Made by a program: the position numbers and the translations under genes. DNA of 64,000 nt, taken from Macrostomum lignano (lineage: Eukaryota). The stretch lies in contig NIVC01001777.1 in NCBI GenBank assembly GCA_002269645.1, positions 153,429 to 217,428 on the forward strand. Reading direction: 5' to 3'. Within the stretch, counting starts at the first letter, position 1. Every line of letters starts with the position of its first letter. Positions 1 to 11,951 of the stretch are shown here, piece after piece. Below the pieces are notes generated by a model. The model had not been told where the DNA came from. It saw only the letters and a program-made list of their open reading frames with translations, and did no database searches.

Positions 1-1200
1 CTTTAGCACCAAGGGGCTTTAGCACCAAGGGGCTTTAGCACCAAGGGGCTTTAGCACCAAGGGGCTTTAGCACCAAGGGGCTTTAGCACCAAGGGGCTTT
101 AGCACCAAGGGGCTTTAGCACCAAGGGGCTTTAGCACCAAGGGGCTTTAGCACCAAGGGGCTTTAGCACCAAGGGGCTTTAGCACCAAGGGGCTTTAGCA
201 CCAAGGGGCTTTAGCACCAAGGGGCTTTAGCACCAAGGGGCTTTAGCACCAAGGGGCTTTAGCACCAAGGGGCTTTAGCACCAAGGGGCTTTAGCACCAA
301 GGGGCTTTAGCACCAAGGGGCTTTAGCACCAAGGGGCTTTAGCACCAAGGGGCTTTAGCACCAAGGGGCTTTAGCACCAAGGGGCTTTAGCACCAAGGGG
401 CTTTAGCACCAAGGGGCTTTAGCACCAAGGGGCTTTAGCACCAAGGGGCTTTAGCACCAAGGGGCTTTAGCACCAAGGGGCTTTAGCACCAAGGGGCTTT
501 AGCACCAAGGGGCTTTAGCACCAAGGGGCTTTAGCACCAAGGGGCTTTAGCACCAAGGGGCTTTAGCACCAAGGGGCTTTAGCACCAAGGGGCTTTAGCA
601 CCAAGGGGCTTTAGCACCAAGGGGCTTTAGCACCAAGGGGCTTTAGCACCAAGGGGCTTTAGCACCAAGGGGCTTTAGCACCAAGGGGCTTTAGCACCAA
701 GGGGCTTTAGCACCAAGGGGCTTTAGCACCAAGGGGCTTTAGCACCAAGGGGCTTTAGCACCAAGGGGCTTTAGCACCAAGGGGCTTTAGCACCAAGGGG
801 CTTTAGCACCAAGGGGCTTTAGCACCAAGGGGCTTTAGCACCAAGGGGCTTTAGCACCAAGGGGCTTTAGCACCAAGGGGCTTTAGCACCAAGGGGCTTT
901 AGCACCAAGGGGCTTTAGCACCAAGGGGCTTTAGCACCAAGGGGCTTTAGCACCAAGGGGCTTTAGCACCAAGGGGCTTTAGCACCAAGGGGCTTTAGCA
1001 CCAAGGGGCTTTAGCACCAAGGGGCTTTAGCACCAAGGGGCTTTAGCACCAAGGGGCTTTAGCACCAAGGGGCTTTAGCACCAAGGGGCTTTAGCACCAA
1101 GGGGCTTTAGCACCAGGGGCTTTATCACCAAGAAATACTATGTTAGGAGCTTTAGCACAAAGGGGCTTTAGCACCAGGAGCTTTAGCGCCAGAGGCGCCA
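1..1200. repeat. 16-bp tandem array (CTTTAGCACCAAGGGG)n, ~70 identical copies then degenerating; runs off the left edge
   Basis: Unit read directly; invariant to ~1110, degenerate copies to ~1200. Confidence 0.98.
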
Positions 1201-1682
1201 GCATGATATCCAATTTGATATATATACACAGTGCATTCTTCGAAGGGTAATTTTGTTTTTTTAAACCTGCTAATAAGCTTCTACGAGTATATAGCTCGCA
1301 AACTGGATTACAGCATAGGAACTAGGTAATTGTTATTTACAACAGGTGTTCTAAGGCTCGGAGGATGGTCATTGAAAAAACGCAGGCTGTAGAGAGAGCT
1401 ACCTGCAGACAGCTTATTTATCCTACTGGCTTTTTTATCCGCTGTGGCCAAATTTGGCAAACGCGTTCAAAATGCAGTTATTTGGTTTCATCGGGTGTGT
1501 AGCTACGTGCTCGACTCCACAAGGACCACACAAGCCAAGTATATGTAGTTTGCTAGCTGCCGGACTGCCTTTATATCGTGCACTTTTAAGTTTTGCTGGT
1601 ACAGATTTTCTGATTTTCGTTGCTTTTTTAGTCAAAAAAGCTACACTTTAATTCAGTTTTAACAGTTCAACGCATCAACTTA

Positions 1683-1740
1683 GCCTGAAGATAGGAAAGT
1701 CAGGACCGCTGTACACCCCGCGTGAGCGTGGTCGGGGAAT
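1683..1740 (+). mobile_element. Fragment of a diverged SINE-like dispersed repeat (copy 1 of 3)
   Basis: gcctgaagataggaaagtcaggaccgctgtacaccccgcgtgagcgtg matches 19645-19695 gcctaaagataaatgaagtcagggccgctgtacactcctgtgtgagtgtg. Confidence 0.55.
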
Positions 1741-2329
1741 ATCGGAATTGGCCTGACTGCTTTTGCTTGCCTCCTTGCTGTGCTGGCGGTCGACCGTCCT
1801 CTTGAGTTGGTACATCACACGCATTAACCAAAAGCTACAATTTGCTGGCTTCGTTGGCACGAGCTGCTAGTAGTATCGATATTTTCTGCTTTTTCTAGAG
1901 TGCAATAACGTGTTTTCTTTCGTGTTTCCTGCATGCTTTTGGCAGCTTTCGAAGTGATACAATTTGTAGCCTATATCACTGCTGCTGATGCCCGGTTCCT
2001 GTAGTTGGGATAGGAAGTGATATTTCTAAGAAAGTGGATATTTCTAAGAAAATAAATATTCCAAAGAAAGTGAATGATTCTAGCTCGTAAGAATGTTGCT
2101 TGGAATTCTCATTTTAAGTTCATGTTTAAACCCTATTTTTATATAATTATTATTCTCATTCTAAACATTAGCACACAGTATTAATAATGTTTCTAAGAAA
2201 TCTTAGAATAGTTTTGTATTGTTTTTGCATTGTAGTAGTATACAGTAGTAATTTATTCGTCAATAAGAACAAAATAGGTCCACGAATCTCACTTTGATTT
2301 TTTACAGAACCCCAGCCAGAGCTAGGGGT

Positions 2330-2440
2330 CAAGCCTTTATGCCCGCTCCGCTGACTCTGAGAACGGACATGCTCACACAGGGTGTATAATGGCACTGACC
2401 TTCTCTTCGTCGGAGAAGTACATGTACAGATACAGTATAC
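2330..2440 (-). mobile_element. Fragment of the same SINE-like repeat, opposite orientation (copy 2 of 3)
   Basis: Reverse complement reads tgtacatg...gaaggtcagtgccattatacaccctgtgtgag...ctcagagtcagcggagc, collinear with 19637-19747. Confidence 0.5.
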
Positions 2441-2514
2441 AGTTGCTCCACTCTGGCTTTATTAGCATTGCTGCATTTCGAAATTTTAGTTTTGAGGATT
2501 TGTCAGAGTCTGTA

Positions 2515-2587
2515 CGCCTGTCTGTTTGTTATCCGTCTTGTTTAAGTGTTTGCCTTAGTGTCTGTCTGTCTGTTTGTCTGTCTGCCC

Positions 2588-2622
<35 letters not shown>

Positions 2623-2630
2623 AGTCTTAG

Positions 2631-2668
<38 letters not shown>

Positions 2669-2706
2669 CTCGTCTGTCTGTCTGCCCGTCTGTCTGTCTG
2701 TCTGTG

Positions 2707-2753
<47 letters not shown>

Positions 2754-2784
2754 CTGTCTATCTGTCTGTCTGTCTGTCTGTCTA

Positions 2785-2850
<66 letters not shown>

Positions 2851-2906
2851 AGTCTTAGTGTCTGTCTGCCCGTCTGTCTGTCTGCCCGTCTGTCTGTCTG
2901 TCTGTG

Positions 2907-2951
<45 letters not shown>

Positions 2952-2992
2952 GCCCGTCTGTCTGTCTATCTGTCTGTCTGTCTGTCTGTCTA

Positions 2993-3058
<66 letters not shown>

Positions 3059-3156
3059 AGTCTTAGTGTCTGTCTGCCCGTCTGTCTGTCTGCCCGTCTG
3101 CCTGTCTGTGTGTCTGTCTGTCTGTCTGTCTGTCTATCTGTCTGTCTGTCTGTCTA

Positions 3157-3211
<55 letters not shown>

Positions 3212-3230
3212 GCCCGTCTGTCTGTCTGCA
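2515..3230. repeat. (TCTG)n tetranucleotide microsatellite with interruptions
   Basis: Read directly; source of the spurious CLSV ORFs. Confidence 0.97.
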
Positions 3231-4394
3231 GAAAATTTAATAGCTTCAGTGATGTTTTGGGACACAGTGCTACATACATGAAAATAGACCACAAGACTTC
3301 CTATCCTTGTACAGTGAAGTTGAGAGATTAACAATAACACATCAAACAGTATTTTATTTTTGCATCTCTGCTCAAATTTTCAAGCAAAAAATTGATAAAT
3401 TATTGGCTTACATATTGGATGATAACAAAGAATGTAACATTAAATTTTGGCCGGCTTCTTTAAGCCCAAAACAATAATTACGAGTATGAGCCAATTTATA
3501 AACAAACGCTATTCAGTCAGTTAAATCTTCTTGCGCGCAGTACAATATATTAGTTTTTTTGATAATTCAGAATTCGCAGAATAGGAATTAATTAACTGTG
3601 CGCAGAAATAAGAATATTGTCAAAAAAACGCCACATCATACTACTCGTGTCCGCATAAGTAGCGCATACAGCATATATATATATATATATGAAACTATTA
3701 CGAGGAAGAGAGGAGACAGGGGAAATGGGGGAGGAGTGAGAGAGGGAGACGGGGAGGGAGATAGGGAGAAAAGGAGAGGGAGAGGAGAGAGGGAGGCTAG
3801 AAACCAAGGGCAATATTTGAACATACAGCACAGGTAAAAAGACAAGAAATCAGTAGAGCAAAATTAGCAGATTATATCAAACAACAGAAATGAATCGACT
3901 GGAAGAGCCCTCAGTAAAATTGAAAAATGGAATAATAACAAACCTTAAGATCAGAGGGGGGATTAACAGAGTGAAGACTAAAACAAATAATTATCGTACA
4001 TACTACACAAGAAAAACTGGTTTAACAACACAGTAATCAAAATATGAATCAATATATATTAATGTACAAATTGTAAAAAAGGGGGCCATAATAACCACAG
4101 ACTAATAATATTTATAACAAGGTCATTATAGAGAAATGTTTGGGAAAGACATTTGATAATATTTAATATGGTTATGACGCATTGTTAATATGAGAAATGG
4201 TGCTTTCTTTGAACAAAAAAGAACTAGGCAAATCTAGAACAAACAACAATACTATAAAGTGCAAATTAAAGGTTGCTCAACTAATTTGTTTATTGGCCTC
4301 GGAATAGCACAAAATAGCAATATTTTTATCAGGCATCGCGCCGCTATCAACACTTGAAGCCGTTACTGACAGAGTATGCATATGGATATACTCA

Positions 4395-4650
4395 GTGGTC
4401 TGTCAGCATCTCTGACAGGTCAGTCAGTCAGTCAGTCAGTCAGTCAGCATCTCTGACAGGTCAGTCAGTCAGTCAGTCAGTCAGTCAGTCAGTCAGTCAG
4501 TCAGTCAGTCAGTCAGCATCTCTGACAGGTCAGTCAGTCAGCATCTCTGACAGGTCAGTCAGTCAGCATCTCTGACAGGTCAGTCAGTCAGCATCTCTGA
4601 CAGGTCAGTCAGTCAGCATCTCTGACAGGTCAGTCAGTCAGTCAACATTT
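4395..4650. repeat. (TCAG)n microsatellite interleaved with CATCTCTGACAGG
   Basis: Read directly. Confidence 0.95.
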
Positions 4651-4760
4651 CTAATAGGTTTTTTAGTGCCGGACAAGTCAATAAATAATAAAGAAGTGTT
4701 GTTAGTATATAAAAATAGAATAATTTTTAAACTATGAAGTAATCACAAAGTGCTCAAGCT

Positions 4761-5409
4761 TCAGAGTATGGCACAAGAACGCTCATTTTCAGGTGGAGAG
4801 GGCCGTCTGGCAGACTGATGATGCTGATAATGCGGCTGCTGCCTAGGCTGCTGTTGCTGCCGCCTTGGCTGCTGCTGCTGCTGTTGTTGTTGTTGCTGCT
4901 GCTGCTGCTGCTGGCGCTGAAACTGCTGTTCCTCTTCGCGTTGCAGCTGCAAGGCCAGTTGCTCGTCAGTCTGAGTTGAGGGACACTGACCGCCGGCTGC
5001 TGGAGCTGCGGCTGGGGTTAGGGTTTGGCGATTTTTGCGGGCTTTTTTAGCATGTCTAGGCAACTTTCTCTGCGGACTGTAGTCAGTCAGTCAGCATCTA
5101 ATAGTATACTGCTACTATTACTAATACTACTAATGCTACTGCTACTATTACTAATACTACTAATGCTACTACTACTACTACTGCTACTATTACTAATACT
5201 ACTACTACTACTGCTACTATTACTAATACTACTAATGCTACTACTACAACTACTGCTACTATTACTAATACTACTAATGCTACTGCTACTATTACTAATA
5301 CTACTAATGCTACTACTACTACTACTGCTACTATTACTAATACTACTAATGCTACTGCTACTATTACTAATACTACTAATGCTACTACTACTACTACTAC
5401 TGCTACTAT

Positions 5410-5440
<31 letters not shown>

Positions 5441-8400
5441 GCTACTGAACTCACCAGTCTGCCCCTGCAGTGCCAGAGCCAGCTGTCTATCCTGCTCCAC
5501 CTGATCCATAGCCTCCCCAGTGGGAGAATGCACAGGATAGCCAGCCGAGGGTTCGATGTCCGACCGGCGAAAATCGGCGTTCATAAAAGTGCTATCGTTG
5601 TCGATGTTGTTTAGAGTTTCCCATACAACGTCGGGCTGGTGAAGGTAGCCCTGGTCGGTCACCAGCAGGTATAGCTGGCCCTGCATAGATATTGGGCGGT
5701 TGTGAGCATATTAACTTGGCGAACGAGCGAAGGCAGCTCAAAGTGGAATGGCAATGGCTAATTTAGAACGTTAGCTCGTTTGGGACACTGGAAAAAACCA
5801 AATGACCTTGAGAGTCAGTGACTGCGGGAAGTCCAATAACCTTGAGAGTCAGTGGCAGCGAAAAGCCTGATGACCTTGAGAGTCAGTGGCAGCGGAAACC
5901 CCAATGACCTTGAGTCAGTGGCAGCGGAAATCCCAATGACCTTGAGAGTCAGTGGCAGCGGAAACCCCAATGACCTTGAGAGTCAGTGGCAGCGGAAACC
6001 CCAATGACCTTGAGAGTCAGTGACAGCGGAAATCCCAATGACCTTGAGAGTCAGTGGCAGCGGAAACCCCAATGACCTTGAGAGTCAGTGACAGCGGAAA
6101 TCCCAATGACCTTGAGAGTTAGTGGCAGCGGAAATCCTAATGACCTTGAGAGTCAGTGACAGCGGAAATCCCAATGACCTTGAGAGTCAGTGGCAGCGGA
6201 AAGCACCCATCACTAAACCTGAGATTTAAGAGTGAATGGTCGTGGAAAACCCAAATAACCTCGAGAATCTGTGACAGTGGAAAGCCCAAATGATCTTCAG
6301 AGTTAGAGTTAGTCACCTGGTGCTTAGTCAAGGTCGAGAAATGGTTATTCCTGAACAGCACGCACAGCGATCCCTCCTTCAACGATTCGGTTAACTGCCA
6401 TAAACCGAACACAGTCAGCTGATTGGAGCTGCAATTTAGGAATTCTTCAGCCGCAATTGCTGCAAACAAAAGTGAAAAATAATTGAAGTTTAAAATTGTC
6501 ACGTATGTAGCGTAAGAGTAAAATGTTCTGCCTCTTACCCTGAGCCAGCAATTCTTGATCTTCGCCATTCTTAGCCGTGATGATCTTCTCAACCAACTGA
6601 TTATAAGTCAACTGCTCGATAAACTGAGCAACATCGCACTGCTGCGGATCCAGCACCCAGCCGTGAACCAACTCGATGTTGAATCGGTCGAATATGTCCA
6701 ACTCGGGGGTGTACTCAAATTTCGAGTAGCTGAAAGAATAAATTAACCGTAAATTTGTTATAATTATAAAATGTGACATAATAACCTCTTGCCCACACTC
6801 CACGCACTTCTTTACTCTTCCCACCCTCTAATCTACTCTCTTCCCACCCTCTAATCTACCCTCTTCCCACCCTCTAATCTACCCTCTTCCCATCCTCTAA
6901 TCTACCCTCTTCCCACCCTCTAATCTACCCTCTTCCCATCCTCTAATCTACCCTCTTCCCACCCTCTAATTTACCCTCTTCCCACTCTCTAATTTACCCT
7001 CTTCCCACTCTCTAATTTACCCTCTTCCCACTCTCTAATCTACCCCATCCCACCCTCTAATCTAGCCTCTCCCCAGCCCCAGCTCACCCAGAGAATCCGA
7101 TATTAATATCCAGTCCAGTCTGAAGTCTCGGGAATAGAGACAAGGAGTCGCCAACCAGCTGTTCCAAATTATTCTGCTCGTCTTTATTCCCGGCATTAGA
7201 CTGTTGCTGCCTAGTAACAATGTCGAGAAGGGCATCGCCAAGGCGCTGCATCAAATCTTGCGAGGCAACATAATCGCAACCGGATGGCAGGCTAATAGTC
7301 CCTCTTAGCAGGAGGATGTTGGCGATGGCCAGCAGGGACACGGTCCGTTGATGTTCTGTGTCACCACCGGGTGCTGCTTGCCAGCGTGGCGAATCCATTT
7401 GACATGGTAGATGTCTGAGGAGTCAGTCCCGGCGCTGTCAATGTAACTGGCATTGGTGCTTCTGTTTTCAATAAAGGGCGAGACGCTTTAACTATTTTTG
7501 GTTGCCAAGGAGACGAATTTAATGTTTTAACAAAGTGTTGCTAAAAAAGGCATGCTATTAGTGTTAGATAGGGGTGAATAGAATGAAGATATTTCCTGTT
7601 GCTAGAGGACATCGATACAAGCATAAGTTGCAAAGGGACACCGGTGAAAGCATCGCGTTGCTAAGGGATACCGATAAAAACATCCGTTGGTAAGGGACAC
7701 CGATGCAAGTATCCGTTGCTAAGGGATACCGATGCAAGTATCCAATACTAAGGAACACCGATGAAAGCATCGCGTTGCTAAGGGATACCGATAAAAACAT
7801 CCGTTGGTAAGGGACACCGATGCAAGTATCCGTGGCTAAGGCAGGCACACCGATGCAAGTATCCAATACTAAGGGACACTGATGCAAGCATCCGTTGCTA
7901 AGGGACACCGATAGAAACATCAGTTGCTAAGGGACATGGATGCAAGCATCCATTACTAAGGGAGCCTCTTCATATCGCCGGTTCGAAAAACAGAACCGGT
8001 TCCAAACCGGTTCGATGCTCTTCATATTGATGGTTTGAAAAAACAGAATCAGTTCTGGAACATGGTTCTGGTTCTAGAATATGGTTCGAGAAATTTTCTC
8101 GAACCATTGTCATGTTTACACTTTAACAGTAAAATATATTTGAAATCGTCAATTTTTTATTATTGTTATATAATTATTCCTTTTTTGTCATATCCAAGAG
8201 GAAACAAAGTCAAAGAACGACAAAATAAATTGTAAAGACTGTCAAACATAAAATGGGTTCGAAGCTCCTTATTTCACACTGGTTCTGGTTCTAGAACTCG
8301 AATTTATTCTGGTTCTAGAACCGATTGCCGTGAAGAGGCTCATTGACACTGATATAAACATCTGTTGCTAAGGGACACCGATGCAAGCATCCGTTGCTAA

Positions 8401-8766
8401 GGAGGCATCCGTTGCTAAGCGACACTGATGCAAGCATTCGTTGCTAAGGGATACCGATGCTAGCATTTGTTGCTAAGGTAATCGAAAACTACGAGTACGT
8501 CCATACTTGATTCCGTTGCTAAGGAGAACACCCAATTATACTATTATATTCGTTTTTTAACATTGACTGTACCTTTCAGCAGCTACCACTGGAGCAGAGT
8601 TACTCCCTGATGATGAACCAGCGATATCTTTGGGCTGCTCTATTTGCTCAACAGTAATACTCTCTTCAGACTGCTTCTGTAGCTCCAGCTTCTCCTGCTG
8701 TTGTTGCGGTTCCTGTTCCTGCTCATCTTGATGCAGTTTCTGCTCCTGCTCATCTTGCTCGCTCAT
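4761..8766 (-). CDS. MINDY1: MINDY1/2 (FAM63)-family deubiquitinase, 6 exons: 8766-8573, 7461-7088, 6729-6539, 6459-6317, 5680-5455, ~5011-4761; ~459 aa after correcting a 1-bp deletion at 7335-7337
   Basis: Motifs YHVKWI..TQNINGPCP(LLAIANILLL), GLDINIGF, FEYTPELDIFD..LVHGWVLDPQ, FRNNHFSTL, LYLLVTDQG, WETLNNID; MIU-like TDEQLALQLQREE; C-terminal CaaX SCAIL*; GT-AG introns with compatible phases. MINDY1 versus MINDY2 cannot be resolved. Confidence 0.93.
5100..5447. repeat. TAC/TAA/TGC trinucleotide low-complexity tract in MINDY intron 5
   Basis: Read directly; lies between donor 5454 and acceptor ~5012. Confidence 0.92.
5800..6300. repeat. ~33-bp minisatellite (CCCCAATGACCTTGAGAGTCAGTGGCAGCGGAAA) in MINDY intron 4
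   Basis: About 12-13 copies; each contains TGACCTTGA (reverse complement TCAAGGTCA). Confidence 0.95.
6830..7075. repeat. 23-bp minisatellite (TTCCCACCCTCTAATCTACCCTC) in MINDY intron 2
   Basis: Read directly. Confidence 0.95.
7560..8525. repeat. ~30-bp minisatellite (GTTGCTAAGGGACACCGATGCAAGCATCC) in MINDY intron 1, split by an insertion at 7962-8341
   Basis: The same unit occurs on both sides of the insertion. Confidence 0.93.
7962..8341. mobile_element. ~380-bp MITE-like insertion with 11-bp TIR GAGCCTCTTCA/TGAAGAGGCTC
   Basis: Perfect 11-bp terminal inverted repeat, internal GGTTCTAGAACC palindromes, interrupts a minisatellite; no clear TSD. Confidence 0.7.
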
Positions 8767-8949
8767 GATAAGAGCTGGTTGCTATGAAGTTGCTTAGACT
8801 TTGTTTTTTATGACTCCTTGGCAATTTTAATCACCGTTTAGTAAGCATGCAATGTGTTATTTGCGAAATAGGCTTTAGTTCATTTATATACGCTCTTTCT
8901 TTCCTATGTTTTTTTTATCTTCCCTATCTACTCTCATTTGCTCCTTAAT

Positions 8950-9795
8950 ACTCCCTTATCCTCCCCATCCTCTCCCTTATCTTACCCATCCTCTCCCTTA
9001 TCTTCCCCATCCTCTCCCTTAACTTTCCCATCCTCTCCCTTATCTTCCCCATGCTCTCCCTTATCTTCCCCATCCTCTCCCTTATCTTCCCCATCCTCTC
9101 CCTTATCTTACCCATCCTCTCCCTTATCTTCCCCATCCTCTCCCTTATCCTCCCCATCCTCTCCCAATCTTCCCCATGCCCTTATCTTCCCTATCCTCTT
9201 CCTTATCTTCCCCATCCTCTCCCTTATCTTCCCCATCCTCTCCCTTATCTTCCCCATCCTCTCCCTTATCTTCCCCATCCTCTGTGTATCTTCCCCATCC
9301 TCTCCCTTATCCTCCCCATCCTCTCCCAATCTTCCCCATGCCCTTATCTTCCCTATCCTCTTCCTTATCTTCCCCATCCTCTCCCTTATCTTCCCCATCC
9401 TCTCCCTTATCTTCCCCATCCTCTCCCTTATCTTCCCCATCCTCTCCCTTATCTTCCCCATCCTCTCCCTTATCTTCCCCATCCTCTCCCTTATCTTCCC
9501 CATCCTCTCCCTTAACTTTCCCATCCTCTCCCTTATCTTCCCCATGCTCTCCCTTATCTTCCCCATGCTCTCCCTTATCTTCCCCATCCTCTCCCTTATC
9601 TTCCTCATCTTCTCCCAATCTTCCCCATGCCCTTATTTTCCCTATCCTCTTCCTTATCTTCCCCATCCTCTCTCTCATCTTCCCCATCCTCTCCCTTATC
9701 TTCCCCATCTTCTCCCTATCTTCCCCATCCTCTCCCTTATCTTCCCTATCCTCTCTCTCATCTTCCCCATCCTCTCCCTTATCTTCCCTTATCTT
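8950..9795. repeat. 21-bp pyrimidine-rich minisatellite (ATCTTCCCCATCCTCTCCCTT) upstream of the MINDY ATG
   Basis: Read directly; 7-aa periodicity in the ORF track. Confidence 0.97.
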
Positions 9796-10834
9796 CTAAT
9801 CAAAGAAATTAACTTCAAAAAATTATACTGATAAAATCGCGGTTTCTGCTGAATAATCAGTAGTATCTGCAGTATACTTGCTATTTAATAATCAAAAATA
9901 TTGTTTTAAATTATTAATTAAAAGCTTAGCTTACTTTTATAACGCGAACTCTGCCAAAACCAAGTATAAATAAATTATAATTAAAAAATAATAAACTCGA
10001 CCTCGATAATAAGGAGCAAAATATAAGATTTTCTAGATTTCAGCAAAAGAGTAAAGGAAGGTTAATTAGATAAATAAGATAAACTCAAATGAGGGTGTAT
10101 ATATAAATAACTAAAATAGTATTGTAATCATACATTAAAAAAACGATGAAGCTACTGCACTACTATTGAGTAGCCATCAAAGCACATAGACAACTCCAAA
10201 AGAGGATGCTTTCTCAGAAAATAGATTTCAACAATGCAGATTATTTATGGAAATGATGATAACGATTTTTCTTGTAAAAATTGATGCAGAAAAAATGATG
10301 AGAAATATCTAAATATGGAAAGAGTTATAGTTTTTGCAGAGAATGAAACGCAAATCAAAATAGTTGAGTGAGTCGTCACGCTTTCTGTACACAAAACCAA
10401 ATAGTATTACTTAAAGTAGAAAGGATATTATACAGGACTATTTATATATGCTGAATATGCATAATGATTTTTTTGTTTTACAAGTTTAGAACAAGCTGTT
10501 TAAACAATGATAGATGACGTCACGGTATTCTGCTATGTACAATTGCGAATTTACAAGGAAGAAAAAATTATTTACAAAAATATGGCATATTTACAAAAAA
10601 ATTAAAGAACGTCATTTTATTTTTTCTATGGGAAAATTTATTTCTCAGTTTGAATTATTCAATATAATATAAAGAAATTTAAGTTAAGCGGGTTAATATT
10701 TAAAAGGGTAATCACTAGCAGGCCAAAAATTAATAAGCTACACAAAAATGTAAACAATTGATAATTCAAATGGCATCCTAACTAATATTTTTTCTGACAA
10801 ATTAAACTACTAAAACTTAGCTTGTAATTAATCA

Positions 10835-11850
10835 ATCAAAATGGCACCTTGATCAATAAATAGAATGGCACCTTGATCAATCAATCAAATGGCACCTTGA
10901 TCAATCAATCAAATGGCACCTTGATCAATCAATCAAATGGCACCTTGATCAATCAAAATGACACCTGGATCAATCAAAATGGCACCTTGATTAATAAATA
11001 GAATGGCACCTTGATCAATCAAAATGGCACCTTGATCAATCAAAATGGCACATTGATCAATCAATCAATGGCACCTTGATCAATCAAAAATGGCACCTTG
11101 ATCAATCAAAATGGCACCTTGATCAATCAAAATGGCACCTTGATCAATCAAAATGGCACCTTGATCAATCAAAATGGCACATTGATCAATCAATCAATGG
11201 CACCTTGATCAATCAAAAATGGCACCTTGATCAATCAAAATGGCACCTTGATCAATCAAAATGGCACATTGATCAATCAATCAATGGCACCTTGATCAAT
11301 AAAAAATGGCACCTTGATCAATTAAAATGGCACCTTGATCAATTAAAATGGCACCTTGATCAATTAAAATGGCACCTTGATCAATTAAAAATGGCACCTT
11401 GATCAATTAAAATGGCACCTTGATCAATAAAAAATGGCACCTTGATCAATCAAAATGGCACCTTGATCAATCAAAATGGCACCTTGATCAATCAAAATGG
11501 CACCTTGATCAATCAAAAATGGCACCTTGATCAATCAAAAATGGCACCTTGATCAATCAAAAATGGCACCTTGATCAATCAAAAATGGCACCTTGATCAA
11601 TCAATCAATGGCACCTTGATCAATAAATAGAATGGCACCTTGATCAATCAAAATAGCACCTTGATCAATCAATCAATGGCACCTTGATCAATCAAAAATG
11701 GCACCTTGATCAATCAATCAAATGGAACCTTAATCATCCAAAAATGGCATGTTGATCAATCGAAAATGGCACTTTGATCAATCAAAAATGGCACTTCGAT
11801 CAATCAAAAATGACACTTCGATCAATCAAAAAATGACACTTTAATGAAAA
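10835..11850. repeat. ~21-bp minisatellite (TGGCACCTTGATCAATCAAAA) just 3' of the CCPG1-like stop
   Basis: Read directly; contains AAAATGGC in most units. Confidence 0.97.
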
Positions 11851-11951
11851 TGGCATAATGGTCAATCAGAAATGACAAATCGAATTATCAATATCGCCAA
11901 CACCTAAAACGTAAACCCAAAATCCAACAAAAAATTCAGTTGTTTTTCTCT

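Noticed and set aside
1-1200. Telomere
   Set aside because: The unit is 16 bp and not TTAGGG-like; 27060-27510 has scattered AACCCTA words but is intronic and degenerate.
1330-1660. Possible coding exon (ORFs 1435-1635 and 1454-1651)
   Set aside because: Short, no recognisable homology and no consistent splice partners.
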